Positions 38,408 through 46,230 of a stretch of DNA of 64,000 nt are shown piece after piece (the first letter of the stretch is position 1; the number at the start of each line of letters is the position of its first letter). Below the pieces are notes generated by a model. That model did no database searches. It saw nothing but the letters and a program-made list of their open reading frames with translations, and had not been told where the DNA came from. The position numbers were made by a program, and so were the translations under genes. Source of the stretch: an uncultured Isosphaeraceae bacterium (GTDB lineage: Bacteria > Planctomycetota > Phycisphaerae > Phycisphaerales > SM1A02); contig CAZAZD010000005.1 in NCBI GenBank assembly GCA_964489535.1, positions 895 to 64,894 of the forward strand, written 5' to 3'.

Positions 38408-39180
38408 TGGCGCGCCAGCCGTTCCGCTGCTTCAGAGAGTAATGTTAATCGACCGCCGAATGTTTTCTTTAGGTTTTCCTCGGTAAACACTTCGTCAACT
38501 AACCCATGCGCAACAACGCGCATGTTTAACAAGATAACGTGATCAAAATACTCGCGGACAGTCTGCAAGTCGTGGTGTACAGCAACGACGGTCTTCCCAG
38601 ACGAGCGTAAATCCTCAAGCACCTTCACAATTGCTTTTTCAGTCGCAGCATCAACACTTGCAAATGGTTCATCCATAAAGTAAATAGTGGAATCTTGCGC
38701 GAGTGCCCGAGCAAGAAAAACCCGTTGCTGTTGCCCACCAGAGAGTTGACTGATTTGCCGTCGAGCATAGTCTGCCATACCAACACGGTCGAGAGCATCC
38801 ATCGCAACCTGAGAGTCTCGGCGCCGAACTGGTTGGCACCAGCCAATACTGCTGTAACGTCCCATCGAAACAACGCCAAGTGCGTCGATTGGAAAATCCC
38901 AATCCACCGATTCGCGCTGCGGCACATACGCAACCAACTTGCGTTGTTTCTTAAACGGTTTGCCATAGAGCATTACTTTGCCGGATGCCTTTGGCACGAG
39001 ATCCATCACTGCTTTGATAAGCGTGCTTTTCCCTGCGCCATTTGGACCAATAACTGCCACAAGTTTTCCCTCAGGAATATCAAGGTCAACGTCCCAAAGC
39101 ACTGGCTTTCGGTGGTACGCAACGGTTAAATCATGAATTGAAACTGGCGATGTCGGTGAGTGTCCTGCTTCAATCTTCAT
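38404..39180 (-). CDS. Metal ABC transporter ATP-binding protein (ZnuC/MntB/TroB-like)
   Basis: Walker A GPNGAGKST, signature LSGGQQQR and Walker B IYFMDEPF. Confidence 0.9.
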   Translation of the reverse strand: MKIEAGHSPTSPVSIHDLTVAYHRKPVLWDVDLDIPEGKLVAVIGPNGAGKSTLIKAVMDLVPKASGKVMLYGKPFKKQRKLVAYVPQRESVDWDFPIDALGVVSMGRYSSIGWCQPVRRRDSQVAMDALDRVGMADYARRQISQLSGGQQQRVFLARALAQDSTIYFMDEPFASVDAATEKAIVKVLEDLRSSGKTVVAVHHDLQTVREYFDHVILLNMRVVAHGLVDEVFTEENLKKTFGGRLTLLSEAAERLARH

Positions 39181-40114
39181 CGTTCTTGCTCACTGTACAT
39201 TTTGCAAAACCTTCTCCTGTGGAACCCCCAAGGGCATTTGCTATTGTCGTTATGTTGTGATCAAGCATCCCAATATACGTGCCTTTATACGTTCCGGTCT
39301 TTCCCATTGCATCTGAGAATAGACGTCCACCAATAGTTACCGTGTGCCCTTTTGATTTCGCGCCTTCGATGAGCGCGTTCACATTTCTATCTGACACACT
39401 TGACTCAACAAAGACTGCAGTAATTTCTTTATCAACAAGCATGTTGACAAGGCGATTCACATCTTCGATGCCGGCTTCCGACTCGGTGGATAAACCCTGA
39501 ATGCCAACCACTTCGATACCGTAGGCACGTCCAAAATAATTAAACGCATCGTGCGCAGTAATGAGGACGCGTTGCTCTTTTGGTATCGATGCAATCGCTG
39601 CAATCGCGTACGCGTGTAACGTTGCTAATTGCTCGTTGTATTGTTTGGCGTTTGTTTTGTAATCGTCACAATGTTCTTGGTCTTGTTCACAAAGCGCGGT
39701 GGCAACAGCATCGACAGTGCGGCTCCATGCGGAAACATCCATCCACACGTGCGGATCCCAGTGCCCTTCAAATTCGGGAGGTTCGAGTAAGTAGGTTTCT
39801 TCAATAAACTCAGTGACGGGAAAAACAACTTTGCCCATTCTCGCGGCCTTCAAAAACGTGTCTGTCATCCGTCCCTCAAGCAACAAGCCACTGTAAAAAA
39901 TCATATCAGCGTTCATTATTTTTCGTGCATCCGAAGCAGTTGGTTTGTAAAGGTGTGGGTCAACGCCTTCGCCCATCAAAGCAAGAACCTCGCCGTGCTC
40001 GCCAACCACCTGCCGCGTGATGTCCGCAACCATGCCAGTTGTGGCAACGATGTTCAATCCTCCGAAAACGTTTGTAGCGATAAGAATGGCCATAATCGTA
40101 GTTTTTAACAACAT
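39170..40114 (-). CDS. Metal-binding periplasmic solute-binding protein (cluster A-I, ZnuA/MntC/TroA-like)
   Basis: Conserved DPHLY, DPHVW and ITAHDAFNYF motifs. The ATG at 40114 is preceded by AAGGAG. The ORF track starts at 40138. Confidence 0.9.
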   Translation of the reverse strand: MLLKTTIMAILIATNVFGGLNIVATTGMVADITRQVVGEHGEVLALMGEGVDPHLYKPTASDARKIMNADMIFYSGLLLEGRMTDTFLKAARMGKVVFPVTEFIEETYLLEPPEFEGHWDPHVWMDVSAWSRTVDAVATALCEQDQEHCDDYKTNAKQYNEQLATLHAYAIAAIASIPKEQRVLITAHDAFNYFGRAYGIEVVGIQGLSTESEAGIEDVNRLVNMLVDKEITAVFVESSVSDRNVNALIEGAKSKGHTVTIGGRLFSDAMGKTGTYKGTYIGMLDHNITTIANALGGSTGEGFAKCTVSKNDED

Positions 40115-40123
40115 AAAAGACTC

Positions 40124-40141
40124 CTTTTGATTAGTCAAAAG
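40124..40141. promoter_or_regulatory. Inverted repeat in the divergent promoter region (candidate DtxR/MntR operator)
   Basis: CTTTTGA-ttag-TCAAAAG has 7-bp perfect arms. It overlaps the RBS of the binding-protein gene and lies 31 nt upstream of the DtxR-gene ATG. Confidence 0.3.
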
Positions 40142-40171
40142 TTTAATCTATGGTATGCTATAAGTCAAGTC

Positions 40172-40828
40172 ATGCTTTCTAGTACCGTCGAAAACTACCT
40201 TAAAGAGCTCTTTCTGCTCAATCCTCGTAGCGAAAAACAAGTTGCCACAGGCGAACTTGCCAATGCCCTCGATGTAACACCAGGATCAGCAACCTCGATG
40301 ATAAAGACGCTTGCAGAGGCGGGACTCGTCGAGCACCGCCCCCACTACGGCGTAAAGTTGACAAAACAGGGTCGAACACTTGCTGTGCACGTTGTCCGCC
40401 GGCACCGAATCGTCGAATTGTTCCTAGTCAATATACTTGGGATGGATTGGAGCGAGGTGCACGATGAGGCGGAGCAACTTGAACACGTTGTTTCCGATGA
40501 GGTCATTTCTCGGATGGATGATTTGCTAGGGCATCCAAGTCATGACCCACACGGTGATCCGATTCCGACCCCAGATGGAACCCTTCCAACGAGGGCTTTA
40601 CAATTGCTTTCGTTTTGCAATGAGGGCGACAACGTATCAATCGCTCGAATCGGAAACCAGGACGCAGGTTTTCTCAAATTTGCCGAAGAAAACGGACTGT
40701 TACTCGGCAAAACGATCGAAATAGTCAGCCGCAATGACATTGCAGATTCCATCACACTCTGCGCTGAAGGCAACAAAGTTGTACTCGGTCTTGCTGCCGC
40801 AGGAAAAATCGAAGTCGAAACCACATAG
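40172..40828 (+). CDS. DtxR/MntR-family metal-dependent transcriptional regulator with C-terminal FeoA/SH3-like domain
   Basis: VENYLKELFLL..., VRRHRIVELFL, HDEAEQLEHVVSDEV and DPHGDPIP. ATG at 40172. Confidence 0.9.
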   Translation: MLSSTVENYLKELFLLNPRSEKQVATGELANALDVTPGSATSMIKTLAEAGLVEHRPHYGVKLTKQGRTLAVHVVRRHRIVELFLVNILGMDWSEVHDEAEQLEHVVSDEVISRMDDLLGHPSHDPHGDPIPTPDGTLPTRALQLLSFCNEGDNVSIARIGNQDAGFLKFAEENGLLLGKTIEIVSRNDIADSITLCAEGNKVVLGLAAAGKIEVETT

Positions 40829-40944
40829 TTTGACCGTCACCCTCATACGGCGAACAGAGTCCAGATACTGGAATTGCAATCTGATGTGACAGCCACACGA
40901 AATTGGGACTGTCCAAAACCGCAACTTCTTACTGAGAATCAGTC

Positions 40945-40974
40945 TCCTCTGAGACTTTTAAAAGTCTCAGAGGA
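40945..40974. terminator. 30-bp perfect palindrome between the DtxR gene and the cytochrome c gene (hairpin terminator or operator)
   Basis: TCCTCTGAGACTTTTAAAAGTCTCAGAGGA would form a 13-bp stem with a TTAA loop on either strand. Confidence 0.4.
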
Positions 40975-41057
40975 AAAAGCTTCGGGTGTGGCTCTCGAGG
41001 GAATACTTTTTTCTGGTCTGTACGCATTGCCCTTGCTCGTCCTGTACCCTAGTAAAT

Positions 41058-41999
41058 ATGAAACGATTCGCGCTCATTTCCCTCGTTGCGATTTGCTTGT
41101 ACGGTTGCGGAAACCCGCCCAACCCACCAGCCCAACAAGTCAAAAAACAAACCGGCAAGGAAATCTACTTGATGTACTGCGCCATGTGCCACGGCGCATC
41201 CGGAGACGGCAAGGGCACCATCACGCTCGATAGACCCGCGCGAAGTTTTATTGATGGTGGATTCTCGTTTGGTAATACCGTGCGCGCAATCTCAAAAACT
41301 ACTCGCTCTGGTATTCCTGGAACACCAATGCCACCATTTGCAGACGTTCTCAATGCAGAACAAACAAAGAAAGTCGCCACATACGTTCGGTCCCTCTCTC
41401 CAACTGTCGAAGACGCCGCCATCGAAGAAACTGAGATGGTCGTCAAAGAACGACCACTCGTTGCCCGTGGCATGATTCCACCAGTTCAAGAGGGAATGCA
41501 ACTACATCCTCGCGGAGTTGTCATAGGCAATCCCGATGGTTTTAGTTACGAGTACCGAGCAGATGACGTCCGTCTGCTTGCAATCAGGCAGGGTCGATTT
41601 GTTGAAAGAGCTGATTGGGGTGCGCGAGGCGGCTCACCACTGACCATACTTGGAAAAGTAATAGTACTTGTTGTTGGCGGAGACCCTCCCCCACTATTCT
41701 GGACTATGGACCACAAACCACTTCGAGCACAACTTACGGCAACAAATACCCAAGGTAAATACGCCACTATTTCGTACGTCCTCATTGATAACAATGGCGA
41801 GAAATATGCAACTGTCGATGACCGATGCAAAACGACAACACTCGCAAGAGCGCTCATCGAACAACAGTTTACGATTAACGCAAAAATACCATTCCAGATT
41901 CGAATCCTGCAAGGAACTGGCATGAGCGACTCTACCTATGTTCCTATCGGCAAATCAACGCGAACACTCATTCACGCAATGCGGGAGTTCACACAATGA
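41058..41999 (+). CDS. Cytochrome c-domain lipoprotein
   Basis: The ATG at 41058 gives MKRFALISLVAICLYGCG (lipobox). CAMCHG heme-binding site. Its stop overlaps the next gene's start. Confidence 0.7.
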   Translation: MKRFALISLVAICLYGCGNPPNPPAQQVKKQTGKEIYLMYCAMCHGASGDGKGTITLDRPARSFIDGGFSFGNTVRAISKTTRSGIPGTPMPPFADVLNAEQTKKVATYVRSLSPTVEDAAIEETEMVVKERPLVARGMIPPVQEGMQLHPRGVVIGNPDGFSYEYRADDVRLLAIRQGRFVERADWGARGGSPLTILGKVIVLVVGGDPPPLFWTMDHKPLRAQLTATNTQGKYATISYVLIDNNGEKYATVDDRCKTTTLARALIEQQFTINAKIPFQIRILQGTGMSDSTYVPIGKSTRTLIHAMREFTQ

Positions 42000-44344
42000 T
42001 TGAACTCCTATCTATTATTGCACTCGCTCAAACAACACAACCAGATTACTGGGCTGTTGATTATCTCGACCCACCAACAGGCGCTGTGCTTGAAGTTGGC
42101 GGCATTGGTTTTATGTCTGATGGCTCTCTTGTTGCAAGCACAAGGCGTGGACAAGTTTGGCGCATCGATACTCCAAACGCATCCAACCCCGAAGACGCAA
42201 CATTCACTTTAATCTGTGAAGGGCTCCACGAAGGACTTGGACTTTCGGTCATCGACGATGAAATTTTTGTCATGCAACGGGGTGAGATTTCAAAACTCAT
42301 TGACCTCGATGGCGACACCATCATTGACGAGGTGCAAACCATTACCCAAGAATGGGGCATGAGTGGAAACTACCACGAGTTTGGTTTTGGACTTCCAGTT
42401 GACAGAGATGGCAACATGTATTTTTCATTGAACGTTGGTTTTTGGAACCCACACTGGTGGCATGGAAAATCACGCGCACCCTATCGCGGCTGGGTATTAA
42501 AACTTGCCCCCAACGGAACAGTCACTCCAATTGCGGGCGGTCTTCGGTCGCCTGCAGGTTTAGGGCTTTTAGATGACGGAACATTACTTGTCACCGACAA
42601 CCAAGGCGACTGGATGGCAGTTTGTCCTGTGTACGCAATTAAGGAAGGTGCGTTTTACGGACACCCTGCATCACTTCGGTGGTATGAGGACCAACCAAGC
42701 ATAGAACCAAGCGATACACTTCCGCACCCCGAAGTTGAGCGAGAACATCCAGTTCTGTGGCTTCCATATCAGTGGTCGCGCTCAACAGGCAACATTATCC
42801 AAGACAACACAAATGGACCATTCAACGGGCAATACTTGCTTGCTGAGCTTACCAACGGACAAATACTGCGCGCCAACTTTGAAGAAGTTGACGGCGTCTT
42901 GCAAGGTGCTTGCTGGCTTGCACACCAACGAATTGGATCTGCATACCACATTGAGTACGGACCAGATGACACACTCTATGTTGGCATGACAAATCGCGGC
43001 TGGGGTGGACTTGCACCCGGAAGCGGCATCGCAAGAATCAAATACAACGGCGAACTGCCTCTTGAAATGTCGAGTGCGCATCTTGTTAAAGATGGTTTTG
43101 AAATCACGTTTACAAAACCCCTTGCAAGTGCGCCAACCATCACAGGAAACAAATACGACTACAATTATTGGTGGGAGTATGGTTCGCCGCAACAACACGT
43201 CGAGGACCTACAGATTTCGAATGTTATTCTTTCAAAAGATGGATTGTCTGCAAAAGTAACTATTGATAATCTTGAATCTGGCAAGTGCGTTATGGTCAAA
43301 CTTGAAAATGCCGTGAGTACTGACGGAGCGTTGCTTCTGCACAACGAAATGTCCTACACCATCAACAAACTTCCCGGCGGTGAACTTGTGTACGTTGCAA
43401 AACAAGTTGAACCACCCATAGAACGTGGCGAAGAAGTCGATGGATGGCTTTACCTCACGTGGGCAGATGCAACTGATGTATGGAACAATAACGGTGTAGA
43501 AATTTGTAACGCAGAATTAGATATAGACAACCCAACTCAATTCGTAATTACAGACGGCATGGGTGCACTCGTTGCAAGCGAGGGCGAATCCATGGCAACC
43601 AAGTTTGATCTTGTCGAAGGCGAGTTGCTGATTTCATATATGCTCGCGCAAGAAAGTGAAGCAGAAATAAAACTTCCAATCGGAATTTCTATTGTTTTTT
43701 CAAACAAACAACGCGGCGGATACCTTGGGGCTGGAATATGGCACAAGGCAGTCATCAAGTTCCAAGAAACTCCAGCTAAGATCACACTTGTTGAAGTGAA
43801 CGGCGTGCATACAGAAGTTGACATGATGACGTACAGTGGAATCGTCAAGCCATCTCCACTTGAAATCAAATGCATAACGGGAAACTTTGCAATTGGTGAT
43901 GTTCGGTTTAGAACTCCTCTTAATGAACTCGGCAACGAGTGGCAACCATTACAACCCGACGGCGAGTCTCTCATTCTTGAAGACACCAAAACAGGAACCA
44001 TCTCAATATCCAACACAAAGTATTCCGCAATTAGATTCGATACCAAATTTTCTGGCTCTGGAAATGCAGTCATTCAAATTGGCGAACTAGAAGTGTTTGT
44101 CGCAACAGAAGGCGACCAAAAAACTGGCTCCATCACTGCGCACGCCATCAAAGCAAATCTCGTCGATCAAAATGAATGGTGCACAATAGTAATCCATCAA
44201 GAAGACGAAAAAAACGAAACCGTTGTCTATCTCAACGATGTGCCGATTTTAACTGTTGACGATGCGCCCTCTATTCAGACCGACGCAGTCAAAATAAGCG
44301 TTGACAACGCCAAACTTACTTTGCGGCGGACATATATAAAGTGA
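41996..44344 (+). CDS. Beta-propeller (glucose/sorbosone dehydrogenase-like) protein with C-terminal beta-sandwich domains
   Basis: The N-terminal half resembles the SGL/GSDH-type propeller (GLGLSVIDDEIFVMQRGEISKLIDLDGD, LLVTDNQGDW). Translationally coupled to the cytochrome c gene. By-eye call. Confidence 0.55.
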   Translation: MIELLSIIALAQTTQPDYWAVDYLDPPTGAVLEVGGIGFMSDGSLVASTRRGQVWRIDTPNASNPEDATFTLICEGLHEGLGLSVIDDEIFVMQRGEISKLIDLDGDTIIDEVQTITQEWGMSGNYHEFGFGLPVDRDGNMYFSLNVGFWNPHWWHGKSRAPYRGWVLKLAPNGTVTPIAGGLRSPAGLGLLDDGTLLVTDNQGDWMAVCPVYAIKEGAFYGHPASLRWYEDQPSIEPSDTLPHPEVEREHPVLWLPYQWSRSTGNIIQDNTNGPFNGQYLLAELTNGQILRANFEEVDGVLQGACWLAHQRIGSAYHIEYGPDDTLYVGMTNRGWGGLAPGSGIARIKYNGELPLEMSSAHLVKDGFEITFTKPLASAPTITGNKYDYNYWWEYGSPQQHVEDLQISNVILSKDGLSAKVTIDNLESGKCVMVKLENAVSTDGALLLHNEMSYTINKLPGGELVYVAKQVEPPIERGEEVDGWLYLTWADATDVWNNNGVEICNAELDIDNPTQFVITDGMGALVASEGESMATKFDLVEGELLISYMLAQESEAEIKLPIGISIVFSNKQRGGYLGAGIWHKAVIKFQETPAKITLVEVNGVHTEVDMMTYSGIVKPSPLEIKCITGNFAIGDVRFRTPLNELGNEWQPLQPDGESLILEDTKTGTISISNTKYSAIRFDTKFSGSGNAVIQIGELEVFVATEGDQKTGSITAHAIKANLVDQNEWCTIVIHQEDEKNETVVYLNDVPILTVDDAPSIQTDAVKISVDNAKLTLRRTYIK

Positions 44345-44402
44345 CCGCTGTGTATTCCCGCCTTCAATAACTCGCAAAGGGGACACCCACTGGAAATTCG
44401 AC

Positions 44403-44448
44403 GTGACTGTCACATCAAGCGAGCTAGCGAGCGCAAAGTGACTGTCAC
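44403..44448. repeat. Two copies of the palindrome GTGACTGTCAC, 35 bp apart, in a convergent intergenic region
   Basis: Exact copies at 44403-44413 and 44438-44448. The same 11-mer recurs at 62854-62864. Confidence 0.9.
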
Positions 44449-44507
44449 TAGAATTGCTGTGTGGGTGACCCTTACAAGTATGCACTTGACCCTGCGAGTT
44501 ATTTATA

Positions 44508-46184
44508 TCAGTTACACAATCCCCATGCGTCGACGATTGCAAGAAGGTCGCCAACACCAACGCTGCCGTCGCCATTGATGTCGCCACTGCATCCATTGCA
44601 TGCGCCCCATTGATCGACAACCGAGAGCAAGTCCGCAACGCCAACGTTACCGTCGCCGTCAAGATCACCCGCACAACTTGAACCATCGTCCACTGCGTCG
44701 AGTGCTGCTTTTGCATTAACAAAACCGTGCCCGAACGTTGTGTCGTACCCACCGCTTCCGTAGTCAACCGCCGTTGAAGAAAGCACGACTTCTAATTCCT
44801 CAGGTGTGAGTGATGGGTCAACCGAAAGCACAAGTGCCGCAACACCTGCCGTGTACGGCGAGGCAAAAGAAGTTCCATCAATCGTTGTTGTGTTACCGCT
44901 GCCATACCCATCACCACCACTTCTGTCGGTTGTACGAATTGATTCGCCGGGGGCGCTAATAAACAAACCATTTCCGTGGGTACTAAAACTAGCAAGCGTG
45001 CCATTGGAGGACATCGCAGCAACGGATATTAAACTATCCAAGTTGCCCGGCCATCCAATTGTTGTTGAGCCATCGTTGCCTGCTGCTGCAACGTGAAATA
45101 CACCCGCAGCGCGTGTTGCATTAAATGCGTTTGTTATTCCTGAAAGAGGCGAACCACCACCCCAACTCGAATTTGTCACACGCGCGCCTGAATCCGCTGC
45201 CCATGTTATGCCATTGACTGCCCAGCTTTCTTGGAATTCAAGGAAGCCAAGACAAAAACCAAAAATGTCCATCTCGTTAAAAATCTTTCCTGCACGAACC
45301 CAACAGTGTGGCGCAACTCCTGCAACACCTTGGCTATTATCTATTGTTGCAGCAACGCAACCAGAGACAGCGGTGCCATGATTATCACAAGCATTGCTTG
45401 GATGACCGTTACTACTGCTTCCTGTAAATGTTTCTCCAGTTAACTGATGTATGTCAGGATGATTTTGGTCAATACCTGAATCAAGTACAACAACAACAAT
45501 GTCTTCGCTGCCCATGGAAATATCCCACGCTTCGGGAAGGTCCATGTCGTGATTGTTGGACTGATGTAATCCCCATTGTTGGCCAAATTCAGGATCGTTT
45601 GGCATGTGCGCCGGCTTCACCCAAGCAATTGCATCGCTTTCCGCAAACGCAAACATATCCATAGCAGCGAGTTCGTTTGCAAGATCCAACACATCTCGCC
45701 CATCCCGCAACATTGTACGCACTCGATAGACGCGTTCCATTCCCGCAAAATCACTGTCAAGAATTTCACCATGACTACGCAGTAATGTTTCAAATACACC
45801 TTGATCACTTACGGAGGTTCGCATCACGAGTAGATCGCGAGTTGGGATGTAGGGCAATCCGCCCTCTCCAAGAAAAACAGGCGACACAAAATCGTACGTT
45901 GGGTCGAGTGTCAGTTCGTCAACAACGCGCTCAATCGCTTGGAGCGTTTGCATCTTTTGCGTTGTCTTCACATACGCCCAACCGTGCACCGAACTTTCGG
46001 AAAACGCACTGTGGTTTCCTTTTGCAAAATAGGGTACTTCGATTGCTTCTTCTTCATCGAACACAGCAATCATTGAAACATCAACCGTTAATTCAATCGT
46101 TGTTTTGAAGTGCGAGTATGAAAATTGCGATTCTTGGGGTGCGCCAGCAAGTAGCACCGACAAAAGTGTAATGAGTTGTAACAT
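44508..46184 (-). CDS. Secreted subtilisin-like serine protease (S8) with two C-terminal dockerin-like repeats
   Basis: Catalytic triad contexts VVVLDSGID, HGTAVSG and GTSFASPY. The ATG at 46184 is preceded by AGGAGA. The tail is DLDGDGNVGVADLLSVVDQWGAC / DINGDGSVGVGDLLAIVDAWGLC. Confidence 0.9.
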   Translation of the reverse strand: MLQLITLLSVLLAGAPQESQFSYSHFKTTIELTVDVSMIAVFDEEEAIEVPYFAKGNHSAFSESSVHGWAYVKTTQKMQTLQAIERVVDELTLDPTYDFVSPVFLGEGGLPYIPTRDLLVMRTSVSDQGVFETLLRSHGEILDSDFAGMERVYRVRTMLRDGRDVLDLANELAAMDMFAFAESDAIAWVKPAHMPNDPEFGQQWGLHQSNNHDMDLPEAWDISMGSEDIVVVVLDSGIDQNHPDIHQLTGETFTGSSSNGHPSNACDNHGTAVSGCVAATIDNSQGVAGVAPHCWVRAGKIFNEMDIFGFCLGFLEFQESWAVNGITWAADSGARVTNSSWGGGSPLSGITNAFNATRAAGVFHVAAAGNDGSTTIGWPGNLDSLISVAAMSSNGTLASFSTHGNGLFISAPGESIRTTDRSGGDGYGSGNTTTIDGTSFASPYTAGVAALVLSVDPSLTPEELEVVLSSTAVDYGSGGYDTTFGHGFVNAKAALDAVDDGSSCAGDLDGDGNVGVADLLSVVDQWGACNGCSGDINGDGSVGVGDLLAIVDAWGLCN

Positions 46185-46230
46185 CCTATTTCTCCTATTT
46201 GTTAGAACCACATTATTCCAAATCTACTTG

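Noticed and set aside
44249-44767. 172-aa minus-strand ORF spanning the S8 protease C-terminus and the downstream intergenic region
   Set aside because: It is an out-of-frame overlap with the dockerin-like tail of the protease and extends through the GTGACTGTCAC palindromes. It has no domain signal.
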